Counted from the whole stretch's first letter, positions 1 through 13,449 are shown. The stretch is 63,666 nt of DNA, filler included, from Octopus bimaculoides (GCF_001194135.2; 6 parts of 6 records of this genome joined end to end with filler, not necessarily neighbours in it), one strand, 5' to 3'. The notes: a model not told the origin generated them from the letters alone. Numbers and translations: made by a program.

Positions 1-34
<34 letters not shown>

Positions 35-129
35 TGTGTATATGTACTTATATATACCCACAAAATTAAAAGCTGTGTTTATTGTTTTCCAGATTTATGT
101 CACGCAGCTCTTATATTCAACAAAATAGA

Positions 130-290
130 TCGATAGAATAAGTACCAGACCAAAATTAGTGCCGTTAGTCGGGTAGGTAATATTGTCGCTGAATCTCTTG
201 AAGTCTGTACCCCAGCATGACCAGAGTCCAAAAAGTGAAACCAATAATGAAGGAATAACAGATCAATAAGAATTTTATGAACAGGCACAT
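130..290 (+). mobile_element. Degenerate 3' part of SINE family A
   Basis: CGATAGAATAAGTACCAG and CCAGCATGACC match the 3' half of the better copies at 33944-34327 and 7381-7713. Confidence 0.55.
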
Positions 291-707
291 TTTATGTGCA
301 GACAACTGAAAGCAGCTATAAACTAAATGTAGACACATTAATCATTCACAATGAATAACTGTTGGAATTAATTATAATCAATGCAAATACATCTTCTCAG
401 TAGCAACGTACGTAATCGCTTCCATAATTGAAACTAAGTTTGAAGATTAGTCAAATTTCATTTTATTTTATTTACACATGTTTATGACATACGTTAAAGA
501 TTGTTTCACAACCATTTTGCTTTATATTATATGTTCCTTAAGTTTTTGTTTATGTATCACTAGAAATATTTTCATTTACATATTTTGACTGGATATAAGA
601 AACCTTCAACGACTATATTGCATTCAATATTTCGGGAGCCACAATATATTTAGACATTCTAGCGGGAGCAACAGCGTTGATAGCAACAGAAAAAAGAAAA
701 GGAATTG

Positions 708-832
708 AAAGCACCATAATACCATTCTCACTTTCGGTGTAGATACCATGAGAATGATACCATTCTCATGGTGAGAATGATACCTTTCTCACTTTCGGTG
801 AAAGCACCATGATGCCATTCTCACTTTCGGTG
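708..832. repeat. Composite direct/inverted short repeat
   Basis: 32-nt unit at 708-739 and 801-832 (2 mismatches); core CCATTCTCACTTTCGGTG three times; 12-bp inverted repeat 745-756/761-772. Confidence 0.85.
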
Positions 833-1132
833 TACGTCACTAAAGTGTACAACATTTTATCTTAATTCACATATTACTCCAAAGTATTTTTATTTATTTC
901 TATTTAGGTAATGCTTGGAATGGGAATGCATGATCCCTTTTATGAAGACTAGAATTAATAATGTACCTATTGCTGGTTAAAGGTTTTGTGTATACGCATA
1001 TATCTCGAAGTTTATAACACATCCATGGGTAGCCACTTTACTATCTTATCATTGAAATACAGGATGCTTTGAAAACTGCTTGTAATAAGGTATGTGATTA
1101 TGGAAATTACACTTGACAACAGCGAATTGCAA

Positions 1133-1164
<32 letters not shown>

Positions 1165-1174
<10 letters not shown>

Positions 1175-1248
1175 TTTATATAAGGACTTATTTAGTCCCT
1201 CTAAGCGTGAGGCATTACTATTAATGCCCTTATATAAATTATTTATAT
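1165..1248. repeat. Fold-back with 21-bp perfect arms next to (TA)n
   Basis: ATATAAATAATTTATATAAGG (1165-1185) is the reverse complement of 1228-1248. Confidence 0.9.
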
Positions 1249-1468
1249 TTATGGGAAAAAAACAATGAGTTTTTTTTCCTTATGGGGATTTTTCACGCTG
1301 ACTACTTGATAAATTCTTATAAAGATTTTATCCTATTATTNNNNNNNNNNNNNNNNNNNNNNNNNNNNNNNNNNNNNNNNNNNNNNNNNNNNNNNNNNNN
1401 NNNNNNNNNNNNNNNNNNNNNNNNNNNNNNNNNNNNNNNNNNNNNNNNNNNNNNNNNNNNNNNNNNNN

Positions 1469-1512
<44 letters not shown>

Positions 1513-1924
1513 TAAAATATATAGACCCACTTATGAACTTAGTTTTTTGTAATTTATGTTTCTCAATTTTATTCTAACCAAATAATGTACAATATTTCTT
1601 TGACACTTGGACTGCTATCATAGATAAAATATATGAACTAGGACTTTATATCGTAGATTTATCGGAAAAAATTTCTTCATATATTGACAGCTCTGAATTT
1701 TTTTCTGATTCATTAAGTAATGTCATAATTTGTTTCTTAAAAAGCATCTTTCATTTATCAAACAAGTTGTGTGTGCGACAATCATTACGTTACAAAAAAA
1801 AAAACATGATACGGTATCTTTTTGAAATTAAACAAATTTCTATTTTTGACAATTAATTGAAATATAATTAATATTTCCTATTACCTATTTGCATTGAAGA
1901 AAGGTTTTGATTGTCTGGTGAGGT

Positions 1925-2275
1925 CAGGGGTAAGTTTAAAGACCCCCTTCGGTCATGAATGACAATGATTTTGCAGCTACAAAGTTACCCTCCGAAGCAC
2001 AAGTCTGGGCAGTGTTGTTTTATGGAATGCCAGCAATCACCTATGCATACAAACCTTCAATCTCCACGCGAGTAATGTTATCTAAGTTAAAGGCAAAGGT
2101 CGAAACGACTTGGCACCAGTGATGGCGCATCTCATTTCCACAGCTGAGTCAACTGGAGCAGCGCGAAATGAAGTGTCTTGCTCAAGAGCACAACACACAG
2201 CGTGATCTGGCAATCGAGCTTACTACCTCATGATTGTGAGCCCGACGCTCTAGCGACTGAACCATGCACCTTCAT
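1925..2275 (-). mobile_element. tRNA-derived SINE, head H1 + tail T1 (family B)
   Basis: Minus-strand tRNA-like head followed by TGTTGTGCTCTTGAGCAAGACAC; collinear with 44503-44843. Confidence 0.8.
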
Positions 2276-3479
2276 ACCCGATGACGACAAGACATACAGA
2301 AAAAGAGATTGGGTTTCTCAAGAGTTATCTCCCCTCATATCGTGTGATTGAAACTTGAAACAGTTTGAAAGTATTGCACATTAGTTGTAGAGGTAGACCA
2401 ATACATAAAACAATAAGAGCAAACAAACTATAATTAGTTGCTGGAAGCTAAATCATTTGTAAATATTTAAGCAACAAATGTGTAGTCATATGAATGAAAA
2501 AAGAAACAAAATGACTGAATTGAATTATAATCTATTTTTCAGTTTAAACAGTCATAAAATATGCATGAGGTAAATACAAAGAGAACAGCCAGCTTAAGTT
2601 TCTAAACTCCAAGAATCCGTTCCTAAACAGAAATTAGACATGAGTAAATCTTATTGAGAATAATAACCAGAAGATTGAATCAACTTTAGCATCTTAATTA
2701 ACGGTTTTAGTCGTAAAACCGATTAAATAAATTATACACACGGAAACAGAAACGTACATACAAACATATGAACATATGTGCATGCATAGATACAGGAATA
2801 CATAATATGTATGTGTGTGTGTGCGTGTGCGTGTGATTATATGTGTGTGTGTGATTATATATATGTGTGTGTGTGTGTAAATATCATTGAATGTGTGAAA
2901 ATATTTAAGCTTGGTAATCAGCATTTATTTAATATTTGCGTATAAATATGTAATGTGTGGACAAAGTCCATAAGTATAGGTGTATGTGAATACACTCCTC
3001 TCTGTTCATAGATGTTTGAATATGTTTCCTAGAAATTAAATAGACACACTTTCACGCGAACACAAAAACAGACAAACTCATACACGCACACTCACCCATA
3101 TATATATATATGTGTGTGTGTACATAGACTTACAGAGTGAGAGAGAAAGACAGATACAGAAAACCGACAAACCAACGATATTGAGAAAGATGGTAATATT
3201 CAAACATGAGATAAAATTATCTATATCAAATGTTTCTCAGAGACAACTATATGAAAAAATTCGATTAGCTCTGTGTTTGTTGATATGTTTGTGTGTTTAA
3301 CAAGCTTTATAGAAACGAAAGCTTTTTGACGATTTATTATGTGTTTGTACATTTATGCATGGGCATGCATGTGGCAACGTCTCCTATATAAGAATAGTAT
3401 TTCACTTTGTCTTTTTAGAAATTTGGTTCAACATTTTGGCATAATGTCATCAATGTTTGGAGAAGGGATGGTAAATGTC

Positions 3480-3642
3480 GATTATATGACCCACTGCTCA
3501 AATGGTATTTATTTTATCGACACCAAAGTTATAAAAGTCAAAGTCGATCTAGGCAGAATTGGAAATCAGAAGGTAAAAATGGTCAAAATATCTTTAAGCA
3601 CTGTGCCCGGTGTGCTAACTAATGTAAAACCTCGCCGCCTTG
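3480..3642 (-). mobile_element. SINE family E
   Basis: Reverse complement matches the GAGGTCGACTTTGCCTTTCATCC...GATAAAATAAGTACC core of 62764-62985. Confidence 0.7.
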
Positions 3643-3742
3643 GTTCGGAATGATATACGCTAATAGTATTTGAGTAGTGATTACAACATTCATCAACTTT
3701 TGTTCTCTATAAAAATGCCCATTGGTTGTGTGTGAGAGAGAG

Positions 3743-4598
3743 AGAAGGGGTACCTAAAAGTAACCGGAAACGTTCTCTGATTGAAAATCATGTTGTAGTT
3801 CGGGCTTCCGCCGCTAGAAGCCACTTGATGCGGCACTCAGGCATGTCTGCCGACCGATGTCGTCCTCTGTAATCGGGCTGCAACGTGGTGCATGTTTGTT
3901 TTGCAGTGCTTTTTCCATGTTTGTTGATTTCTGCGATGGCTGAATCGAAGAACAGCACGCTTCTGTGAAATTCTGTACTCTGCTGGGGAAAAAGGCGTCC
4001 GAAATAGTTGACGTACTTCAAACAACTTACAAAGGCGCTGCCCTTAGCAAAAGACAAGTTTACGAGTGGTTCCCAGACTTTAGGAATGGTCACTTGTCGC
4101 ATGAAGACCAACCGAAGAAATGAAAACATCATGAAAATGCATGAACTGATCTTGAAGGACAGTTACCGAACAACTTGTAGATATGACTACTGTATCCTAC
4201 AGCTCCTGCCAACGAATTTTGAGCGAGTATTTGTCCGAAAAATTGTGCCTCAGTTGCTCACAGAATTTGAAGAGCAGTCACGACTGGATGCTTGACGTGA
4301 ACTGATAGAATAGTCGGAAGCTGATCCGGACATTGTTTCGAAGGTCGTTTCTGGTGATGACACCTGAACCTACGGAATATGCGGATGTAGAAGAGGTGTA
4401 AAAACAAAAGACGACGGAGAGTTTAACGACATCACTTCGCAAGAATTCCACAGCTCCTTCCAATAGTTTAAAACGCCATCTGGACCGATGCATTGCTTCA
4501 AATGGAGAATACTTTGAACGTGATAAAATTGTAAACGTAAAAATAACTGAATAAAGTAATATTGCAAATGTCCGGTTTCATTTAGCGTCACCTTCTTA
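3743..4598 (+). mobile_element. Internally deleted mariner-like element
   Basis: ATG at 3936 gives MAES..HASVKFCTLLGKKASEIVDVLQTTYKGAALSKRQVYEWF (mariner N-terminus); GD(D)T motif then jump to C-terminal ADVEEV..GEYFE; degenerate TIRs. Confidence 0.85.
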
Positions 4599-4614
4599 TA
4601 CATGCATACATACA

Positions 4615-4650
<36 letters not shown>

Positions 4651-5948
4651 TNNNNNNNNNNNNNNNNNNNNNNNNNNNNNNNNNNNNNNNNNNNNNNNNN
4701 NNNNNNNNNNNNNNNNNNNNNNNNNNNNNNNNNNNNNNNNNNNNNNNNNNNNNNNNNNNNNNNNNNNNTATAAACAACGCAATATTATCTCCTCAAAAGG
4801 TATTAAGTACTACGCGATAGGATGTAAACAGCAACATTTGGTGTTTACATAGTCAGTGTAAATTGAACCATATCAACAGAGTGGAGTTTTACTCAAATTA
4901 TGCTATGCATATTTCCATTGTATTGCTTTTAATTGTTCATCAACCTATTACATAATATGTATTACATACCCATAAATATTTTGAAAAATCACAAAAGCCA
5001 GACTGTGGTAACATTCCACACTATTCTTATTCTGCTATATATGAATAGTGATAGTAATTTTGTCTGTTCTCGTTAAAGTAAAGGGATGATGTCATGTTCA
5101 CATTGGAGCAAATTTATCATAGTTTTAAGAGAGATTCAGTACACCGTGTTTAAATTTGTAAACACAAAATATAAACATATATAAGACTGTTGCATGCATT
5201 GATAAATGAAGAGTTTTGCAAAAATCTAGGCTCCACGAACTCCTTCAGGAAGCTTCGAGACTACTCTGCTGGAATTTTCTACATTTTCAAAAATATTTTG
5301 TTCCTGTCGACAGATAATGTAACCAGTCCTCTGTAGCGCAATTTGCCTTAAAAAGATATTGGATATATCCTATAACACTACAAAACTTCATTGGCATATA
5401 AAAATACAATTTGCCTCAACAATCTTGTTCTCTACCTCTATTTAAAGGACGTCTGTTGTAAATCATGCTCTATATAACTGAAAAGAAAAAAAATCTGTAC
5501 GATCACGTAAAATCGTCGCATATAAAATTTCGGAAAATGTGAAGCAATAAAGATATTCTCGCATTATTTTGATAACTAAGAATGGATTGCATCACAAAAA
5601 AAAAAAAAATAAAATAAAATTGCTCTCAGTGATTTTATATGATGACATTTGAATATATGAAGGAAATGAAACACATAATTAGATTAGGAAATAAAAATAG
5701 GCTGCTATTCATGGATGAACTTGCATTTTAGCGATATAACACGAGATACTGTAAAAATTATCTATGTAATTAAAGGATTGACAAAAGTCATGTGCATCGT
5801 ATATCATTTGTCTAACGCTAATTTCACTGTAAATATGTGTGTGTGTGAGAGAGAGAGAGAGGGAGGGAGAGAGAGAGAGCGAGAGAGAGAGAGGGAGGGA
5901 GTTTGAGTATTTGTGTGTGTTATTCTGCATTAATGGAGCATCTGTATA

Positions 5949-5996
<48 letters not shown>

Positions 5997-6053
5997 CATA
6001 TATAAACACACATATGTGTGTGCAAGTTCGCGCGTGTGTGTGCAGATATATGT

Positions 6054-6290
6054 GTGGAGGCGCATCATTCAGTGGTTAAGGTGTAGGACACCTGACCTTG
6101 ATTTTCTGCCTCTGATTCGTAGACAGGATAGACGCATTATGTTCCAGAGTAAAACGCCGCATTTTACGTTGCTCCGTTCCACTCAGGAGGCAAAAACAAG
6201 TCATTTTCGCCGGAACGGCGTTCCATCCAGAAGGGAGTATATGCACCTTGAAAACCAGCCCTCTGTATCTATGATTCGGAAAGGTTCCTA
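6054..6290 (+). mobile_element. tRNA-derived SINE, head H1 + tail T3
   Basis: GTGGAGGCGCAT..CAGTGGTT head, ATTTTACGTTGCTCC, tail GGCGTTCCATCCAG; related to 13126-13355. Confidence 0.6.
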
Positions 6291-6327
<37 letters not shown>

Positions 6328-6819
6328 CACATGTTTCAGAAATCAAAGTTATTTTCTTCCACACGTGTAGAAATATACGAAAACTAGAAGTTAAAAATGA
6401 TCTAAGAATATAGGCGTTGAAGTGCCAGTGTGTTAAGAAGCTGACTTACGAACCACGTGGTTCNNNNNNNNNNNNNNNNNNNNNNNNNNNNNNNNNNNNN
6501 NNNNNNNNNNNNNNNNNNNNNNNNNNNNNNNNNNNNNNNNNNNNNNNNNNNNNNNNNNNNNNNNNNNNNNNNNNNNNNNNNNNNNNNNNNNNNNNNNNNN
6601 NNNNNNNNNNNNNNNNNNNNNNNNNNNNNNNNNNNNNNNNNNNNNNNNNNNNNNNNNNNNNNNNNNNNNNNNNNNNNNNNNNNNNNNNNNNNNNNNNNNN
6701 NNNNNNNNNNNNNNNNNNNNNNNNNNNNNNNNNNNNNNNNNNNNNNNNNNNNNNNNNNNNNNNNNNNNNNNNNNNNNNNNNNNNNNNNNNNNNNNNNNNN
6801 NNNNNNNNNNNNNNNNNNN

Positions 6820-6856
<37 letters not shown>

Positions 6857-6939
6857 TTGTGTGTCTGTGTTTGTTTCCCGTCGTAAGTTAAGGCTGACAC
6901 AGTTGACTGAAAAAATAGAAACAATCCATGATCTGAATA

Positions 6940-9900
6940 TTTTCAGTCAAGTGTTTGTCGAGAATGAACACATGATTAAGTTTATAAAATTTTCTACGTT
7001 TCCGCCCCATCCGTGTGTTAATGTCACACGGCAGTATATTTTGCGCGTAAAAAGAAGGCCGACACGGTTGAGTGGACATGTTTAGTCATAATCAAGACAC
7101 TCCAAATTTAATTTGTCTGGTGGGAGAGTGGACAGGAGTCGTTTGCATGTAGATCAGTAGATAAGGTTTAGGTTTTTAGTTGTGTAGATTCCTCAAGATA
7201 ATTAACAGAATGAATTTTGTATGTGAATAGTTATTTCTGTACGTATTCTGTTAAGGTTTCTTAATTCTTGGTGTGTACTTTTATTTGAAAGTATTTTCTT
7301 AGTTTATCAGTGCTTCATCTGCGATATTCGCTGAACAGAGATAGATTGGAAAGATCTGGATTTTTTGAGACTTATTCTTTGCACGTGGCCCCTTGGGCGA
7401 GTGTCTTCTACTATAGCCTCGGGTGGACCAAAGCCTTGTGAGTGGATTTAGTAGGCGAAAACTGAAAGAAGCCTGCCGTATGTGTGCATATACATGTGTG
7501 TGTGTATGTGCGCTTGTGTTTGTCTCCCCCACCATCGATTGACGATCGATGTTGGTGTGTTTATGGCCCCGTAACATAGTGGTTGCGACAAAAGAAACCG
7601 ATATGATAAGTACTAGGCTTACAAAGAATAACTCATAGGGTCGCTTTATTCGACGAAAGTTGGTGCTCCAGCATAGCTTCAGTTTAATGACTGAAACAAA
7701 TAAAAGAATAAAATATGTCTATGTGACCACTCAGTCGAATCTGTCTCGTATTGGAGTCACGTATTTCTTGTCGGTGAATGGTCCTTCTGTTTCTTAGAGT
7801 AAGGTTTGTTTGACCTATGTAATCTTCAATATGCCGGTCCCGTAATTGGGGCGGCCATATTTTTTGACTGCTATAGGAATTGTGGAAGGTAATGTTACAC
7901 AGGCTGGAAATGATTTGAGGGACTTTGATTGTCTTTTACCTTAGATTTTTTTTTTTGTATATTTCGTATGTTGGTTTCATACTTTGGTCTTGTTTTGGTA
8001 GTGTGTTGTTCTGGTGGATAATATTGCAAACCTCTGCGTTTCTTTGATTCTGTGTCGTAATAAAAGGTAGATTATTGGATGTATCTAGATAGTTTTTCAT
8101 TTTTTTTATTATTTGTTCCATATTTATTGCTTTGGCACGTTCTATTCCCTCGTTTATTAGCATTAATAGATGTTATATTTTAAGTAGTATTTGTTTTAGT
8201 TCCTGGTGTCTTGTATTGGGAGTTTCAGGGTTTGAGACAATTGTGCAGATTCTTCTAGATAGATTAAATGGGATATTGTTCTTCTAGTATTTGTGATGGC
8301 ATAAGGAGAATAATAAGTATTGTTTAGAATATGTTTGTTTGTAGTGAATATCTGTTTCAATGGTTTTATCTCTTATGATTATTGTATCCAGGAATAGTAG
8401 TTGAGTTTTACTGTATTCCATGGTAGTATAATGTCCCATTCATTTCGACATTTATTGGGCTTGATCTTAGGGTGTGGAGGTTCTTTATAAGAGAAGGTAG
8501 AAATAAAACTACAAAATGTATATAAAGCCTTTAGTAGGCTTGTAAATCTTCCTGTTTCTTACAATTGAATCGTCCCTGGTTTCTCTATCGTACACTTTCT
8601 CTGTGAGGTCTAGTTTTCTACAGAACTGTGAAATGTCGTTCTCTATTTCACTGGAGTTAGTGTGCTGCGGATATGGAGTAAATTTTAGGCTTTTTGACTA
8701 AATTTTAATTTCTTCCACAGAGAATGTTTTTTTTCGATATGTTAATTATCTTCGGTTTCTCTCTTCCGGTTTGTACCATCCGGTGTCGGGAACTCTGTCG
8801 GTTGGACCTAAAATTGACTTTTCAAAGGTTTCCTTCAATTACTATTTATATAGTCGAGGACATTTTCTCTCTTAACTTATGGTCTTTCGTATTGATTTGT
8901 TGTTCTATATTGTCCATGTTTCTTCTTGTAATTGTCTTTAAGTTGATATATGTTTATCCATTGTGCCTGTCTTTGGTTTTGAGGAAAGTTTAGTCCAGAC
9001 AGAGAGAAAACTTTGATTGTTTTAAATGGATTATTTTGTTGTCGAATTAGTTTTGAATTGTCCTTATGGAATTGGTGATTATATTCTCCATATTTGGGTG
9101 TTAGATTAATCAGTTGCGAATGGGGTTTGTTTATTTTAACTTTTTTAGGAATGGGTTTTCGGTATAGTACTCGTTTTTAAAATGAGATTCATAATTAAAA
9201 TGGGATTCATGAGAACTTCTCTCCCAACGTTGAAGAAATGATAATTCCTCGTGTCCACATATTTCTTTCCAAATTTTAATATTGTTTTCTTGGCCTTGGT
9301 ATGGCTTTTGATGTTTCTGTTTGCATTTGTGCATCAATCGTTTTAAATTTTTCTTCGTTCGAATTTGCTCTTAGCCGTAATAGCTGAGTTTACATTCTGA
9401 ATTTGTCGAGAACCATCTTTTCCCAATGCTTCTGTTGTTATTCGGGTTCATTAGCGATAGGTTTTATTTCTAATTTTGGGGGGAGGATGATTAGCGTTGA
9501 ACTGAGCGATTCCATTTTACACATCTTTCCGCTTTGCCATAATTTTTCATGATGTTCCAAACGGTAAATTTACGGGCTGTGAAGTTTTGATTCCAGATAT
9601 GTTTGATAGTGTTTTCGATTGCAAAGCTCTCTCGTTGAAGGTTGATGTTATCTTCTTGTTCAGTTTTTGGATTTTGTTCCAGCTTCTGGAGCATCACTGT
9701 TTCTATAGTTTTACATAACTGGTTGAGGGTTTGGATGGAGGGATTTGATTATAACTAAACATGTCCACTCAACGGCGTCAGCCTTCATTTTTAATCAGAA
9801 AATATATTGTCAAGTGATTCTAACGCACGGACGTAGCGAGAAAGGTACAAAAGTTAGAACCTTAATCATGCGTTCATTCTCCACAACCGCGTGATGTTGA
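6940..9900 (-). mobile_element. Decayed Penelope-like element (RT C-terminus + GIY-YIG) with inverted terminal segments
   Basis: Minus-strand translation: TMEYSKTQLLFLDTIII..ETDIHYKQT..NNIPFNLSRRICTIVS (PLE RT thumb), LPFITTQNQRN, EDYIGQTNLTLRNRRTIHRQEIR (GIY-YIG); many stops and frameshifts; 6950-7095 recurs inverted at 9750-9895. Confidence 0.85.
7381..7713 (+). mobile_element. 5'-truncated SINE family A nested in the Penelope GIY-YIG region
   Basis: Matches 33944-34327; removing it rejoins the PLE frame as SGHIDI-CAKNK. Confidence 0.85.
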
Positions 9901-10440
9901 AATTCCAATGAAGGTGCCTTGGACCTAGGTTAGAAACCGGCTCTTTCTATATTTGCAAGAAATCTTTAAAGACAATGAATAAAAACATACATACGTTCTT
10001 ACATACATAGGGACGTACTTGTAAAAACATATAATATGTATACATATATGAGGAAATTTAAATACTTCAAACCTAGGATTCTAGAAGCTTCAAAATTAAA
10101 TTTTAGACAGACAATAATTAAAAATGAATGAAACCTATTGTATAGGCTTACACGCTATCTTATACACCCACGATTACATTGAAATCTTAAAGCTTGCAAG
10201 TGATTATTGAATAATAAAATGGACAGTATTTTAATGAATGCTACGATAAACCGAGCTTTACAAAGAATACTATATATATTGTCTAGCTACACGTTTGTTT
10301 ATTAAATATATAGTTGCAAACTATAATGTAAACTCTATACTACTCGCTAACACTGTAGATTTATTATGTTGTTACTTCATACACGTAAATATACATATAA
10401 ATACACACAGGGACTTCGCCGAACATGCGCCGATTGAGCA

Positions 10441-10494
10441 GTCTTCACTGAGGATGTTCTCAGTTATAGACGAAAATAGAACTAGTCTGAATGA
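10441..10494 (+). ncRNA. Candidate type I hammerhead ribozyme (PLE-type variant)
   Basis: CTGAGGA 10448-54, GAAA 10472-75, GTC triplet 10485-87; helix I TTCA/TGAA; helix II GT(T)CT/AGAC with an extra U after A9; helix III has an A-G mismatch. Confidence 0.5.
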
Positions 10495-10642
10495 TCCTTG
10501 AAGTGGCCGTGGGTAGTTGCCCTACTGTCAGCATGTGTGTATAGTCTACGCGCTCTTCCTACAGCATGAAGAGGATTTTAACTCTTATCTCTAGCAATGT
10601 AGAGGATCCGGCATCCTATGTCACACTTAGTGACAAGTATAT

Positions 10643-10699
<57 letters not shown>

Positions 10700-11618
10700 T
10701 GTGTATAAATACATGGTCTTGACCTTATAAGAATGCATTGAGTCTGTAATTGAGTGTGTGTACTCGTATTCATACGGCTGTGTATGTGTGTGAGGTTGTC
10801 ATTCTGTTAGTAGTTTTCTGTATCCAAGGAAATATTATTCGAGTATTCTAATGGTAATGTAATTCCTTGGTGTTTTATATTACTTGCTCATGTTTTGTAG
10901 CTGATATTATCTATTTGCCAAAACGTTGTTGTGACTTTTATATTGATTATACTTGATAAGTGCGGAAATTCGTTGAATATATATGTAACTACACTTACTA
11001 AATTCACTTCACGGGATTTCACTTTATTATTCATGAAACAGTGAAAGAAAATATCGTTTGTACTGTAGTAACACACACAAACACACGCACAGACATAAAT
11101 ATGTATAAATATATGTCTATATGTATATAATTACATTTGTCAGTTGGTGTATTCGTGTGCGTATTTATACATTTTTCTTGAAATTAGATACCCACCTACA
11201 TCATCTATATGAATATATTCACTATAATTCACACTATATTATATTAACACCAAACATTCTATCAGAAATATGTATTTATTCGTATATATTCGTACACATG
11301 TAGAGAGACATCGAAATACTAAGAAATAGTATTTCTAATATATGTAGGCATACACGGACAAATATAGTCATATATTAACGTATATGTATGCATGTATGTA
11401 TATATATATATATATACACACGCATGTGTATATATGTATATACATGAACACACACACTCATATCTATGCATGTATATATACACACATACATGCATATATA
11501 TTCACATGCATGGTTACGTACATATACAAAAAAATTATATTCATGTAACTATATGTATATATATATATATATACACACGCATGTGTATATATGTATATAC
11601 ATGAACACNNNNNNNNNN

Positions 11619-11699
<81 letters not shown>

Positions 11700-13125
11700 T
11701 TAAGAAACTCAATACAAGTTTGTTATATAATCATTGCTCTGACCGAATAAATTTCATTTAGTGCTGTATGCATTATCGCTAGAAACGTATCATAAAACGA
11801 GGTTTTCTTTTTCTCTGAATAATATTCTTTCCCATTCCACTTTATGTGTATTCAACTGATGATATGCGTTCTAGACTAATCCTTTCATACTATAAATCTG
11901 AAGTATCTTCTTGCCACATTACACATGCTAATGTATTGGTACTACTGTGCAGCTAATACAAATGTTGGAATTATCCGGAATAACATGATATATGCAATTT
12001 TGTTGGACTTTGATAATTTTCCGTCTTATATTTTCAGAAAAGTTTCACTACCAATTTTCCAATCGAAATTTGAATTGTGGAGCATTCTTCATACTAGATT
12101 GCTTAAGGCTTTCCATGTATCAATCAAGCATTAGCAACAATTTATTTTGTCTCGCTATATCAGATTTTGGTAAATAATACACTTTTGCTCCGAGATGCTA
12201 AATTGCTAATAGATATTGCATATATGTGTAATGGGAATGTTATGATTAAAGATATGTCATGCTTGTCATTATCTGACTCTACTAGTCTTCTTGCCGATTG
12301 GAAATAGTTTTATAAAGTAGGTGGTCAGTATACTCATTATTCATTATCAATTGGATATGACGAAAAGCTTTTAAAATATGCCAAGCCTTCTTACAACCAC
12401 GCATTTCGACAATCAATAACTGATTTGCCTTTGAATTAATTACAATGAAAAATCCTTTCTATTTAATGATTAAATGTCGAATTATATCGATTAAGTACCA
12501 TGAACCATGAATATTAATTTATCTATTTCAATTCGCTGAGTGTTTTCCAAACTAGCACGATAATGTTTGTTTAGATAATAAGAATTTTGACTCCCCTCAC
12601 TTGTTTCAGTAAATAATCAAATATATTTCTCAAGTTGTGGTAAACAGAAAAATTATCACTTACGCAATCAGTTGTATGTTATTTGATGGTCTGTAATATA
12701 TCACAAAAGATATCTTCAACGTGTGTTACATGCTATCCTAGTACTATATATTACGTTAAGCTTATACGTGCCATTGGTCTGCTTTCCATACTTCTATGAC
12801 ATTCTGTGTCATAAAATAAAGGGAATGATTTAGGGTGTCTAAGATGTTTCTAAAAGCAGTGTGTCCTGTTTCATTGGAACATGGGAAATGTGGATTGCAA
12901 GGTTTTATGCAAGTTAGTTTGAGGAATCTAATTGGAAAATATGATCACTTATTTGTTTCACTCTAAAAGTAATGAGCTATTTTCCTATAGTAATGTATCG
13001 ATTATTTTCGACTCCAATTATTTCAGTGAACATATAAAATCGATTGACAATACATCTCTGCAATATTTATCCCGAAAATATATTTTTCGGTATGTAATAA
13101 TCAACATATATCAAATATTCGATTA

Positions 13126-13355
13126 GTGGAAGTACGTGGCTTAATGATTACATTCCTGATTGTAAGGTTGTGGCTTCGGTTCCTGGAGCGGGCTACGAAT
13201 TGATTTCTTCAGCAAAGCTCTTCATCTAACGTTGCTCCAGTCTACTGGGCTGGCAAAAATTAGTAATCCTGTGATGGACCGGCGTCCCGTCAGGAAACCT
13301 AGAACCGGCAGTTATGAGTCGGTATGCCTCGAAAAGGTAACGTTATCTTTACCCT
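13126..13355 (+). mobile_element. tRNA-derived SINE, head H1 + tail T3
   Basis: Degenerate head, AACGTTGCTCCAG, tail CCTGTGATGGACCGGCGTCCCGTC. Confidence 0.65.
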
Positions 13356-13449
13356 TAAGAATTTTATTTCGTATTCATCCTTCGCTGCAATTTGAACCGT
13401 TTTTGTTATATCTTATTATTTTTAAATAATGGCAATATTTTAAAGAGAA

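Noticed and set aside
708-832. CRISPR-like repeat spacing
   Set aside because: Eukaryotic context, spacers derive from the repeat itself, and no cas genes are present.
9900-9945. CCAATGA..GAAACCGGCTC hammerhead-like string at the PLE end
   Set aside because: Two core substitutions and helix II does not abut GAAA; at most a dead relic.
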